NCBI GenBank assembly: GCA_051892875.1
Contig: JBJFGR010000026.1
Span: 7,982 to 71,981, forward strand
DNA: 64,000 nucleotides
Source: Succinivibrionaceae bacterium
Lineage (GTDB): Bacteria; Pseudomonadota; Gammaproteobacteria; Enterobacterales; Succinivibrionaceae
Direction: 5' to 3'
The notes under the pieces were generated by a model that was given only the letters and a program-made list of their open reading frames with translations, was not told where the DNA came from and did no database searches. Positions 29,043 through 38,846 of the stretch are shown here, piece by piece. Positions within the stretch are counted from its first letter, which is position 1, and the number at the start of each line of letters is the position of its first letter. The translations under genes were made by a program, and so were the position numbers.

Positions 29043-29717
29043 ATGAATAAAAAAATATTACTATTAAGTGTGGTATTAACTTTAGGGAGTACCATTTTAG
29101 GTTGTGCAACAGAATCGCATCAAACAGTTGTTACTGAAAAAGCTGAAGTGTCCATTACACGTTCAGTTTCAGGAAAAAAAATTAAAATAGCTATCGGACA
29201 ATTTGCAAATCACTCCAGTTATCAAAATGGTTTATTTGCAGATGGTGTAGATAGATTAGGTTCTCAATCAGAAACTATCTTAATTACTTCATTGCAACAA
29301 GCTGGTTGTTATATGGTTTTAGATAGAAATAATATGGATGCTTTAGCAAGAGAGTCTGGTATAAATAAAAAGGAACAAAAAATTCAAGGTGCTCGCTATC
29401 TTATTACAGGAGATATTGTTGAATTTGGTCGTAAAACAGTGGGAGATCATCAATTATTTGGGATTTTAGGTCATGGTAAAAAGCAAGTTGCCTATGCTAA
29501 CGTAAATTTAAATATTGTTGATATCGAAACATCAGCCGTTGTTTATTCTTCCACAGGAGCTGGTGAATATTCTTTATCCAACAGAGATATTTTAGGTTTT
29601 GGTAGTAATGCTAGTTATGATTCGACTTTAAATGGTAAAGTTTTAAGTTTGGCTATTAGAGAAGCTGTAAATAATTTAACACATGATATAGATAATGGTT
29701 TATGGTCTCCGGAGTAA
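29043..29717 (+). CDS. CsgG/HfaB-family lipoprotein
   Basis: Lipobox TILGC. KIAIGQFANHS...LITSLQQAGCYMVLDRNNMDALARE matches the CsgG-type pattern. Confidence 0.75.
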   Translation: MNKKILLLSVVLTLGSTILGCATESHQTVVTEKAEVSITRSVSGKKIKIAIGQFANHSSYQNGLFADGVDRLGSQSETILITSLQQAGCYMVLDRNNMDALARESGINKKEQKIQGARYLITGDIVEFGRKTVGDHQLFGILGHGKKQVAYANVNLNIVDIETSAVVYSSTGAGEYSLSNRDILGFGSNASYDSTLNGKVLSLAIREAVNNLTHDIDNGLWSPE

Positions 29718-29723
29718 TAACTA

Positions 29724-30077
29724 ATGAGCTATAGTAGGTATTTTTTTTCAGTAGGGGTATTTTTATTTGTAACAGGGTGTGCAACAACTGATAATTTATA
29801 TAGTCATGATAGCTCGTATACAGAAGCCATGTATATGTATTTAAAAAATGATCCAGATATTGAAAAACAAAAGGATTTAATGAATGAGTATTTTGATTCA
29901 GCTGAAAGTTCTGGTAAAAAAGTAGCCCCTGGTGCATATGCTCATTATGGTCTTTTATGTTCTAAAGAAGGGAATGATGCAGAAACTTTAAAGTATTTTG
30001 AACTTGAAAAAAAGAATTTTCCAGAAGCTAGTCATTATATTGATTTTTTATTAAATAATAAAATTAATAAAAAATAG
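29724..30077 (+). CDS. DUF4810-like small lipoprotein
   Basis: Lipobox FVTGC. It has the size and position of the middle gene of the conserved CsgG-like/DUF4810/DUF799 trio. Confidence 0.55.
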   Translation: MSYSRYFFSVGVFLFVTGCATTDNLYSHDSSYTEAMYMYLKNDPDIEKQKDLMNEYFDSAESSGKKVAPGAYAHYGLLCSKEGNDAETLKYFELEKKNFPEASHYIDFLLNNKINKK

Positions 30078-30091
30078 TGGTGGGGATAAAG

Positions 30092-30760
30092 ATGAGATTA
30101 TTTTCAGTAGGTATAATTACTTTATTTTGTATATCATTATTTGGATGTGTTAATAAGGTTGAACGATTTGATTATACTCCTTTTTTAAATTCTAATCCTC
30201 GTTCTATATTAGTAATGATGCCAACATCCATATCTACGAATATAGATGCTGGTCCCGCTGTTTTAGCAGCAACAGTATTACCTTTGTCTGAAGCAGGTTA
30301 TTATGTGTTACCAGTAACTATGGTAAATGATACTTTTATGTATAATGGAGTAACAGAGCCTGATGAAATTCATAAATTGCCATTGACTAAATTAAAGGAA
30401 ATATTTGGGGCTGATGCCGTTCTTTATTTAAATGTTGAGGATTATTCGTCTCATTATACTCTTCTTGATAGTTATATGTCTGTAAAGGTTACAGCTGTGC
30501 TAAATGATATAAATACAGGCAGTATTTTGTGGCAAAGAACAATGATAACTACTAATAAAGCAAATAGTGGTGGTAATATTTTAGCTGATTTAATTGGAGC
30601 TTTGGTTAAACATGCTATTAATGAAATTTCAGATATGGGGTATGAATTATCTGTTAGAAATGGTTATTTAATGTATGAACACCAATATTATAAAGATCCA
30701 ATTTTATATGGTCCTTTATCACCTTATTACAGAACTGATAAGGTTTTAAATGAAAAATAG
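30092..30760 (+). CDS. DUF799 (GNA1162-like) lipoprotein
   Basis: Lipobox SLFGC, followed by PRSILVMMPTS...AGYYVLPV, typical of DUF799. I chose the ATG at 30092 (GGGGA RBS) over the track's GTG at 30077. Confidence 0.65.
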   Translation: MRLFSVGIITLFCISLFGCVNKVERFDYTPFLNSNPRSILVMMPTSISTNIDAGPAVLAATVLPLSEAGYYVLPVTMVNDTFMYNGVTEPDEIHKLPLTKLKEIFGADAVLYLNVEDYSSHYTLLDSYMSVKVTAVLNDINTGSILWQRTMITTNKANSGGNILADLIGALVKHAINEISDMGYELSVRNGYLMYEHQYYKDPILYGPLSPYYRTDKVLNEK

Positions 30761-30816
30761 TAAAGAATTTTTAGTTAATTACTGAAGATTTTGCTATTTT
30801 AATATCAAATATACGT

Positions 30817-30851
30817 AAAAGAAAAGACTGATAAGATCACTCTTATCAGTC
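30817..30851 (-). terminator. Rho-independent terminator of the minus-strand HTH ORF
   Basis: 11-bp stem GACTGATAAGA / TCTTATCAGTC (30826-30836 / 30841-30851). It is followed on the minus strand by TTTTCTTTTC. Confidence 0.6.
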
Positions 30852-30866
30852 GAATTAGATGTGGTT

Positions 30867-31334
30867 TTATTCATCAAGTTTAATCATTCTTTTATGTAAT
30901 TGAATTTCACCTTTTTCTTTTCTAAAAAATCCGTTTAATTTAGAATTTTTTCGAATATACTGTCTGAATGTAGCATATTGACAAGAAAATCCAATGATCT
31001 TTTGAGAATATTGGTAAAAGTCAGAAATGTAGAAAAACTCGTTACTACTTGTTCTATGTTTTTCTAATAACGCTAGTAGTTGCGATGTATATTTATCTAA
31101 TGAACTTTTTTTATTTCTTGTTGTTGATTTTTTAAATCCTTGTAAATATTTTTTTACAGTAGCTCTAGAAAGCGACAATCTTCTAGCAAGTTCTGAAATA
31201 TTTACTTTGCTATCAGTATTTTCTATAATTTTACCTAAACGATGTAGATCAGACAGTTTCGATATATTAGTTGTCGATATATATTTAGATTTCTTTTTTT
31301 CTTTTATTACATTAGTCATAATTAAACCACTCAT
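30867..31334 (-). pseudogene. IS21-family IstA-like transposase N-terminal fragment (HTH only), or a domesticated HTH protein
   Basis: The HTH is ISELARRLSLSRATVKKYLQG. It is followed by a segment like LDKY...LLALL...ATFRQYIRK. The ORF ends at KEKGEIQLH, where IstA proteins enter the DDE domain (PGE..Q.D). No catalytic domain follows. Confidence 0.4.
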
Positions 31335-31353
31335 TGCTTTAAATATAATTCTT

Positions 31354-31407
31354 AATCCTACAAAAACTCCGTAGGATTCTCTGTTTCAATAATATGAAAC
31401 AGAGAAT
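31354..31407. repeat. Two adjacent stem-loops immediately upstream of the IS-like HTH ORF
   Basis: AATCCTAC-N9-GTAGGATT lies at 31354-31378. A 13-bp stem, ATTCTCTGTTTCA / TGAAACAGAGAAT, lies at 31376-31407 with a 6-nt loop. Confidence 0.5.
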
Positions 31408-31602
31408 TATTATTGTTTTTTCTTACTATTTACTATCGTTACTTATTTATAAGTTTTTTAACTATAAATGGTAGAATGAAAATATTCTTATAAAAATTTA
31501 TAGCAACAATATTTTTTGCTTTTGTACTCTAAAACATATTATAGTATAAATATAGTAATTTACATACATAAAAATGAGTGTTTTGTAATATTTTTTACTT
31601 AC

Positions 31603-32058
31603 TTATAAATTGTAAGATTGGTCGGTCCCAAAATTACCATAAATGCTTTGAATTTTTTGAGTTAGCTTATCTTCTTCTACTATTACAAGATCAGTCATAA
31701 TACCATATTTTAAATTAAACTCATCTAAAGCCTTAAAGTTAGCAGGATCTGAGGTTCCTAAATAAAGGGTATTATTTTCAAAATACAAAGGTATAGCGTG
31801 AGTTCTTACAATTAAACTTTGATTTATGTATTCTTCAGGCATCTTTTTGATATCAAAATTATCTAAATCTAAAAAGTTATATCCGAATTCTTTAATTGCA
31901 AGTTCCTTGATAACGCTAGGTTGAACATAGTCCCATTCTACTGCATATGCAATAGTATTCATTTCAGCATCTTTAGCTTTCTGTTCGATAGTATCAGCTT
32001 GCTCTTTTGTTATAATATTTTCGTTAACTAGGTTTACTAAAAATCCCGTGAAAGACAT
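31603..32058 (-). CDS. Stand-alone T2SSE_N / MshEN-like domain protein (N-terminal domain of GspE/PilB/MshE ATPases, no ATPase domain)
   Basis: 151 aa. ...IITKEQADTIEQKAK...SVIKELAIKEFGYNFLDLDNFDI...LIVRTHAIPLYFENNTLYLGTSDPANFKALDEF... follows the T2SSE_N pattern. Confidence 0.6.
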   Translation of the reverse strand: MSFTGFLVNLVNENIITKEQADTIEQKAKDAEMNTIAYAVEWDYVQPSVIKELAIKEFGYNFLDLDNFDIKKMPEEYINQSLIVRTHAIPLYFENNTLYLGTSDPANFKALDEFNLKYGIMTDLVIVEEDKLTQKIQSIYGNFGTDQSYNL

Positions 32059-32106
32059 ATTTTACTCCATTTAGTATAAATAACTTGTTATTATTATAAA
32101 AAATAA

Positions 32107-35100
32107 TTAAGGTTTAAATTGTTCAATTGGCAATTCTTCGCCAATTGAGATAATTCTTTTATTCCCTTTATATTCCCTAAAAATAAATCCCCCATTACTT
32201 GTTGTTGATTCAACAAGATGGTTAAGCGGATAATAAGGTGTTTGTAAAGGATTTTCATAATTTGTTATTACTTCAAATAGGCTATATGATTCATAATTAT
32301 CAATATTTTCAGGTCTAGTTGCTTTAATAAACAGTATACCTTGGTTAAACACTGCTTTATCAATGAAGCAAAGGTCGTTTTTATTTTGACAAATTCTTAT
32401 TGTAGAGATGCTATTATCATTCATTTTTATTTTATTGTCTACAATAGATGATATATCTAAAATATTACTGTTATCAGCAGTTAATTTTTTATAAAAACGA
32501 ATATTGCTTGCAATACTTTTATCATAAGTACTTCTAAGATATATGGTACTGCATGAATCTTTTGACTGTTTCCAGTAAAGCCCTTTTTCATTATCTTTAT
32601 TAAGATGCATAATAATTAAAGGTACATAAATATCATTTTCCCCATAAAATGAATCTGAAACTATACGCCCTTTATTATAAGTAAACGTATTTACTAAACC
32701 TAGGTTTGCATTGCTTTCTGCATAAATATCATTTTTTAAAGATTTTATAGGATAATTACATTCTATATTAAAAGTTGTATTGTTCACTATACAGGCATCA
32801 ACACTTGCGTTATAACCTAAAGCAACTTGTTTTGGTTCTGATGGTGTGGAATTAATTTTTAATAAAGTACTAAAAGAAAGCCCACTAGAGTAGTTTTCAT
32901 CACTATTATATATGTAATTATTTATACCTAATTTAGAGAGACTAGAGTCCTTTATTATTGAATTAGGAATTGTAGTGTTTATTGTATTGACATACATTGG
33001 TTTTAGTTCAAATTCAGGATGAATATAAAAGTATTCATATATAAAGTTTGAGGTTTTATGGTTTATTTGATTTGAAGATTCAAAACCGTTTATATATCCT
33101 GATAATAATTGATATTGATTAAAATATGCAGGGCAGAATTCATCACCAACAGCTTGTTTATTTTTCAGTAAATGTAACAAACCTTTATAAAGAGTTGATT
33201 CTAATTCATTGTAGGAATATGAAAAGTCATTTAAACTATAGTCAGTTACTTTTATGCTATTTGGTAATACGGTGTAAATAGGACTGTAGAAAAATGTTTT
33301 TTTATCATCAGGTTTATTATTTGAAAATATGTTTAATGGTGATTCATTGCTAAATGAATACCATCCAGTATTTTGTATTTGCAGAATTCTGTCTTTTTTT
33401 ATAAGACCTAGTGTTAAAGTATTTTCAGAATTTGAACATTCATCATTAGTGCATATTTTAAATAATGTGGGCGGAACAGTAAAGTCATTAGTATTTGTAT
33501 TTGTATTATATTCATTAATGGATTCGCTTATTGTTGTATTTTTTACGACTAAGGAACAATTGCTTTCAACATTGTTTACCCATGAGTTTAAACAATTTGT
33601 AGATAATGATTTTGCAGATTTATCTATATTTTTAGTTACATTATCTTTGTATATTGCTAAATTAACTTTTTCAGATAGGGAGTTTTCGCAAAATTGTTTT
33701 AATTGCTCTTGGCTTATTTGGGAAGTAGTAGGGCAGTTATCAGAACAACCTACATAATATTGAGATAGTTTATATGGTTTATAAGTTTCAATCAATTTAT
33801 AGGAATTATTATCACTATCAATATCATAAATCTGGTCTGTTATTTTTTCAATATTCATACAAATAGCTAATGGTACAGCTAATAATGAATTATTGCCATT
33901 TATAAAAATTGTAGAGTTTTCTTCTACACTATTTATGGTTGTATTTAGTGTAATACTTTTAAGCAACAATTCATTTGGGTATACAATATTGTTTAATTTA
34001 TAACGAGGAATGATTTTTATTAATCCATTTTCTTTAATGATATTAGCGGTTAGTTCAATATTCTGTTCTGTTGCATTTTGAATAGTTGTATTATTAATGT
34101 TTATAGGTCTATCACTAGTGTTTTGTATAGTAGCAATAATGTTAATAATATCTAAATCATTATCTAATATTAAAGGGTAAGGAACGCTTTCATCAGCTGA
34201 ATCGTAAGTTATAATAGCTTGGTTATTAGTTTCGTTGATCCAATTTTTTACATTGTTGATATTTATATTACATGGTGATACGTTGAAAGAACATTCTGCA
34301 GTTTGGTTACTATTATTATCACAGAATAAAATATTATTATTAGCACTTATAGTAATTTTAGATGCATCTTTTGTGTTTAGTGAAAACTTACCATTTGAAA
34401 TAATTTTGGTAGTACCGCCAACATTTAAAGTAATTGAGGAAGATAATTCACTACAAGTATTTGCATTTGAACATTCAAGAACCTGTAAAGTTAAGGAGCT
34501 ACAGTGTTTGTTATCGTTTATCTTAGATATTCTGTAAAATTTTGAAGAAGATTCTTCTGTTACGTCTGAAATAGAAGAATTTTGTGCATAATTTTTTATA
34601 AATAGATTCTTTTCATTTTTATAGTTAAATATTATAGATAAGGAATTTATTCCCAATTCAAAAATGTGTGTAGTGTTAAAAGTAACACTATTATTTGTTA
34701 ATAGAAAAGCTTCTTTTTGTTCCGGAGTTTCGAATAAATTAACAGGAGCATTTGTTATTACAAATGAATTATTTGTGTTTAAATAAATAGGTTTTCCATT
34801 ACCTTTAATAATAGTTATTTTATCTTTACCAGTATTTGGAGAAATTACATTATTATTATAATCAGTAGCATTTATAATATTAACTAATCCATTGCAAGTA
34901 AGAGCATCTGATAATGAATTAAAAACCTCACCATAAAATTTATCTAATTTATGAAGCTTTGTAGAAGATGAATAGGTGTTACTACTATTTGGAAAAGTGA
35001 AAGTAAGTTTTTTATTATTTTGATTATAGATATCAATTGATTCGATGTTACAGTAGTTAGGGTCATTATAAAACTCATAATATTCATCTTGTTGTGAAGT

Positions 35101-35430
35101 TGTATTTTGTATATTCCAATTTAAGATTGCTCCACTTTGATCATCCTTATTATTGGATATTTTAATATCTTCGTAGCTTCCAAAAAACTTAATAAAAGAT
35201 AGGGAGTTATTTTCATTTCCACATGTTAATCCTTTGCCTCCATTATTACCTTGTATAGGATTGGCGAAGCATTTATTTTTAATTGTTTCAATTTTAGCTA
35301 ATGTTGGTGATTTTTCGCACATAGTAAAAAATTCAAGTAAAGCATTTTGACAATCTAAATTAGATAAAGCCCAAACATCAGATGTTAAAAATGCTGAAAA
35401 AATAAAGATTATTTTAATTGAATTTTTCAT
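32107..35430 (-). CDS. Very large secreted Asn/Ser/Thr-rich, Cys-containing protein of unknown family (putative surface protein or adhesin)
   Basis: 1107-aa uninterrupted ORF with the signal peptide MKNSIKIIFIFSAFLTSDVWA. Low-complexity N/S/T-rich composition with scattered Cys pairs. I recognised no catalytic motif. Confidence 0.65.
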   Translation of the reverse strand: MKNSIKIIFIFSAFLTSDVWALSNLDCQNALLEFFTMCEKSPTLAKIETIKNKCFANPIQGNNGGKGLTCGNENNSLSFIKFFGSYEDIKISNNKDDQSGAILNWNIQNTTSQQDEYYEFYNDPNYCNIESIDIYNQNNKKLTFTFPNSSNTYSSSTKLHKLDKFYGEVFNSLSDALTCNGLVNIINATDYNNNVISPNTGKDKITIIKGNGKPIYLNTNNSFVITNAPVNLFETPEQKEAFLLTNNSVTFNTTHIFELGINSLSIIFNYKNEKNLFIKNYAQNSSISDVTEESSSKFYRISKINDNKHCSSLTLQVLECSNANTCSELSSSITLNVGGTTKIISNGKFSLNTKDASKITISANNNILFCDNNSNQTAECSFNVSPCNININNVKNWINETNNQAIITYDSADESVPYPLILDNDLDIINIIATIQNTSDRPININNTTIQNATEQNIELTANIIKENGLIKIIPRYKLNNIVYPNELLLKSITLNTTINSVEENSTIFINGNNSLLAVPLAICMNIEKITDQIYDIDSDNNSYKLIETYKPYKLSQYYVGCSDNCPTTSQISQEQLKQFCENSLSEKVNLAIYKDNVTKNIDKSAKSLSTNCLNSWVNNVESNCSLVVKNTTISESINEYNTNTNTNDFTVPPTLFKICTNDECSNSENTLTLGLIKKDRILQIQNTGWYSFSNESPLNIFSNNKPDDKKTFFYSPIYTVLPNSIKVTDYSLNDFSYSYNELESTLYKGLLHLLKNKQAVGDEFCPAYFNQYQLLSGYINGFESSNQINHKTSNFIYEYFYIHPEFELKPMYVNTINTTIPNSIIKDSSLSKLGINNYIYNSDENYSSGLSFSTLLKINSTPSEPKQVALGYNASVDACIVNNTTFNIECNYPIKSLKNDIYAESNANLGLVNTFTYNKGRIVSDSFYGENDIYVPLIIMHLNKDNEKGLYWKQSKDSCSTIYLRSTYDKSIASNIRFYKKLTADNSNILDISSIVDNKIKMNDNSISTIRICQNKNDLCFIDKAVFNQGILFIKATRPENIDNYESYSLFEVITNYENPLQTPYYPLNHLVESTTSNGGFIFREYKGNKRIISIGEELPIEQFKP

Positions 35431-35576
35431 GACGATGTTCCAAAAAATAAAAAAAGAATTATTTTTACGCTAATTGATGTTATTATAAAATATATTTTTT
35501 TTCTAATTAATTTAATTAGTATCAAATTGTATAATACATCGTAGAAAATTAAATTCAAATATTAAGAGAGGTTTTT

Positions 35577-36455
35577 GTGAAGGGGATTGTTCTAGCAGGC
35601 GGTTCGGGAACGCGTTTATATCCATTAACTATGGTAACAAGTAAACAGTTATTACCTGTATACGATAAGCCAATGATTTACTATCCGTTATCTGTACTGA
35701 TGTTGGCTGGTATTCGTGATATTCTTATTATTTCAACACCCTCAGATTTACCAAATTTTAAAAGGTTATTAAATGATGGTAGTCGTTATGGTTTAAATTT
35801 AAGCTATAAAGAACAACCTTCTCCTGATGGGTTAGCTCAAGCATTTATTCTTGGAGAAGAATTTATTGCAGGTGATAGTTGTGCTATGGTTTTAGGAGAT
35901 AATATATTTTATGGTGCTAGTTTAACTAAGTATCTTCAGAGCGCGGCAAAAGTTGAAAAAGGAGCAACAGTATTTGGTTTTTATGTAAATGATCCTAAAA
36001 GATTTGGAGTTATTGAATTTGATAATAACGGTAAAGCTTTATCAATAGAGGAAAAGCCTAAAAATCCAAAAAGTAATTATGCTGTAACAGGATTGTATTT
36101 TTATGACCATAATGTATGTGAATATGCAAAGAGTATAAAACCATCAGCACGTGGAGAACTTGAAATAACTGATTTAAACAATATTTATCTTCAGAATAAT
36201 GAGTTGTCAGTAGTTCCATTGGGTAGGGGGTTTGCATGGTTTGATACAGGTACAGTTGATAGCTTATATGATGCTGAAGGTTTTGTAAAACATGTGCAAA
36301 ACAGTGCAGGTATACCTATAGCAGTACTTGAAGAAATTGCTTATAACAATAATTGGATAAGTAAAGATCATTTGATAGAAAGTGCTAGGATGTATGGTAA
36401 ATCACCATATGGTCAGTATTTAAAACAGATTGTAGATAAAAAAATCATATTTTAA
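35577..36455 (+). CDS. rmlA: Glucose-1-phosphate thymidylyltransferase
   Basis: [17 protein letters not shown]...[21 protein letters not shown] start. Confidence 0.95.
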   Translation: MKGIVLAGGSGTRLYPLTMVTSKQLLPVYDKPMIYYPLSVLMLAGIRDILIISTPSDLPNFKRLLNDGSRYGLNLSYKEQPSPDGLAQAFILGEEFIAGDSCAMVLGDNIFYGASLTKYLQSAAKVEKGATVFGFYVNDPKRFGVIEFDNNGKALSIEEKPKNPKSNYAVTGLYFYDHNVCEYAKSIKPSARGELEITDLNNIYLQNNELSVVPLGRGFAWFDTGTVDSLYDAEGFVKHVQNSAGIPIAVLEEIAYNNNWISKDHLIESARMYGKSPYGQYLKQIVDKKIIF

Positions 36456-36473
36456 TGAATAATTAAAATTGAA

Positions 36474-36499
36474 AAAAAGGAGGTTTATACCTCCTTTTT
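36474..36499. terminator. Bidirectional terminator between convergent rmlA and the transporter gene
   Basis: AAAAAGGAGGT-TTAT-ACCTCCTTTTT. Confidence 0.75.
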
Positions 36500-36528
36500 A
36501 CTAATTATTACTTACCATTTACTAATTA

Positions 36529-37776
36529 TTAAACACCTTGATTTAAATTTTCTTTAACATCATGATTTACCATTGTGGCAACGGTTGAATCAGACCAAAC
36601 ATTTAGAGTTGTTTCAATCATATCAATAACTGCATAAATAGGTAAAATAATACCAAGTAATTGGATTGGAACATTCATTGATGATAGTAAGCTTGCAGAT
36701 AAGAAGTAACATCCCATTGGAACGCCTGCGTTTCCGATAGCAGCAATTGTAGCAATGCCTATCCATGAAATCATAGTTAATGGAGTGATTTCAATACCAT
36801 TATTTTGCATTATATATATTACAGTTATAAAGATAAAAGCCGCACAACCATTCATGTTTATTGTTGTACAAATAGGTAGTACAAATCTTGAAACCTTTGG
36901 ATTTATATGATTGTTTTCTTCGGCACAAGCAATAGTAACAGGAAGTGTTGCCGCACTAGATTTTGAGCAAAAGGCAACAATTAAAGCTTTTGACATGTTT
37001 TTTGCAGTTTTTAATGGATTTATTCCTTTTAGTAATAAAAAAATAGGTAATACTACTAATCCTTGAAATAAATTAGATCCTACAACAACTGTAAAGTAAT
37101 TACTTAAACCACCTAAAACAACTCCAGATTTAAAATCAATTACTGAAAGAGTAACAAATCCGAAAATACCGATAGGTAGTAAATTAATTATCCATTTTAC
37201 AATGAAGAATAAAATAGATTGTAACCCCAGTAAGAAGTTTGTGATGATATTTCTTGATTCATCGTGAGGAATATGTCTAATGCTGATACCAATAATGATT
37301 GCTATTAATAAGATACTTAAAACATTACCTTCCATAAAAGGTGCTAAAATATTATTAGGTACAATATTGATAAAATAGTTTATATAACTACTTGTATTAT
37401 TAATACCTAACTCAATATTCTCAGGTGCGACAGTTGTTACATTTTTCGGCTGAATTATAGCATATAAAATAGCAGCAGTACATGATGATAAAACTGTAGT
37501 ACTGATGGTATAAGCTAATGCTCTTTTCCAAAGTGATTTTTCAGTTTTTGAGTTTCCTAATGTAGCTATTGTAGTACATATAGAAATACCAATAATAGGA
37601 ACACTGACAAATTTAAAAAGTCTTATAAATACTTCAGAAGTAAAATTAGCTACATCAATACCGATATTTGTAGTATGAATACCATTTATAACACCCAAAA
37701 TTATTGCAATTGTAAAAAATATAAAATAAGCAATAGATTTTTTAGATGGCGTAAGTCTTGGTTGAGTAATTGTCAT
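36529..37776 (-). CDS. Dicarboxylate/amino acid:cation symporter (DAACS) family transporter
   Basis: 415-aa polytopic protein with SKSSAATLPVT and TTINMNG reentrant-loop motifs. It lies 11 nt downstream of cysK. Confidence 0.8.
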   Translation of the reverse strand: MTITQPRLTPSKKSIAYFIFFTIAIILGVINGIHTTNIGIDVANFTSEVFIRLFKFVSVPIIGISICTTIATLGNSKTEKSLWKRALAYTISTTVLSSCTAAILYAIIQPKNVTTVAPENIELGINNTSSYINYFINIVPNNILAPFMEGNVLSILLIAIIIGISIRHIPHDESRNIITNFLLGLQSILFFIVKWIINLLPIGIFGFVTLSVIDFKSGVVLGGLSNYFTVVVGSNLFQGLVVLPIFLLLKGINPLKTAKNMSKALIVAFCSKSSAATLPVTIACAEENNHINPKVSRFVLPICTTINMNGCAAFIFITVIYIMQNNGIEITPLTMISWIGIATIAAIGNAGVPMGCYFLSASLLSSMNVPIQLLGIILPIYAVIDMIETTLNVWSDSTVATMVNHDVKENLNQGV

Positions 37777-37787
37777 TTTAATAATAC

Positions 37788-38720
37788 CTAGTTGTTATCA
37801 AATAAACCTAAAGATATATAATGTTCACCTGTGTCAGGAATAATTGCAACAATATTTTTTCCTTCATTTTCAGGTAACTGAGCTAGTTGAATAGCTGCCG
37901 CAATATTGGCTCCACCAGAAATTCCTGAAAGTATAGCTTCAATTTTATTTAGTTGTTTAGTGTAGTCTATAGCTGTTTCACTAGGAATTGCTATAGTTTT
38001 ATCAACTACTTTTATATCAAAATTTTGGGGAATAAAGTTAGCTCCTATACCTTGAATTTTATGGATACCAACTTTTCCTTCAGTTATTAATGGGGATTCA
38101 GCAGGTTCTACAGCAACAGCTACAATATTTTTATTTTTAGCCTTTAACCCTTTTGCTAAACCTGTAATTGTACCACCAGTACCAACACCAGCCACTATAA
38201 TATCAACTTTACCATTTAAATCGTTCCAAATTTCCGAAGCTGTATATTCTTCGTGTGCTTTTGGATTTGCAGGATTATCAAATTGTCCTACTATAATACT
38301 ACCTGGAGTAATTTTTTGAATTTTTATAGCTTCATCAACAGCACCTTTCATGCCAAGGCTTGCCGGAGTTAATACCAATTTGGCACCTCGAACTTTTAGT
38401 AAGGAACGTCTTTCTAAACTCATGCTTTCAGGCATGGTCAATATTAAATTTAGACCAAATACTTTTGCAACAAGAGCTAAGCCAATTCCTGTATTTCCTG
38501 AAGTTGGTTCAATAATGGTACCCCCTTCTTTAATAATTCCTTTTTTAAGAGCGTCCTGTATCATGCTTAGTGCGGCACGATCCTTAATAGAACCTGCAGG
38601 ATTGAACATTTCTAGTTTTGCGTAAATATTACCTTTTAGGTTAAATTCCTTGCTTAATTTATTTAATTTAATTAAAGGTGTATTACCAATAAGTTCTTCA
38701 ATTGAATTATATACTGCCAT
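37788..38720 (-). CDS. cysK: Cysteine synthase A (O-acetylserine sulfhydrylase)
   Basis: NPAGSIKDRAALSMI (PLP lysine), TSGNTGIGLA and GVGTGGTITG. Confidence 0.9.
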   Translation of the reverse strand: MAVYNSIEELIGNTPLIKLNKLSKEFNLKGNIYAKLEMFNPAGSIKDRAALSMIQDALKKGIIKEGGTIIEPTSGNTGIGLALVAKVFGLNLILTMPESMSLERRSLLKVRGAKLVLTPASLGMKGAVDEAIKIQKITPGSIIVGQFDNPANPKAHEEYTASEIWNDLNGKVDIIVAGVGTGGTITGLAKGLKAKNKNIVAVAVEPAESPLITEGKVGIHKIQGIGANFIPQNFDIKVVDKTIAIPSETAIDYTKQLNKIEAILSGISGGANIAAAIQLAQLPENEGKNIVAIIPDTGEHYISLGLFDNN

Positions 38721-38846
38721 ATTATAGACCCCTATATTTAATTAACTACTAAACATAGTATAATACTATGGATTATAAAAAATCAAGAGATTTTCTAATA
38801 ATATTATGAAAAATTGAGTATAACAACCATATTATTAGTTTTTGAT

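Noticed and set aside
33491-33508. Short hexanucleotide repeat GTATTT GTATTT GTATTA (encoding NTNTNTN on the minus strand) as a phase-variation tract in the giant ORF.
   Set aside because: There are only about 2.5 copies and the unit length is a multiple of three, so slippage would not shift the frame. It is ordinary low-complexity coding sequence.
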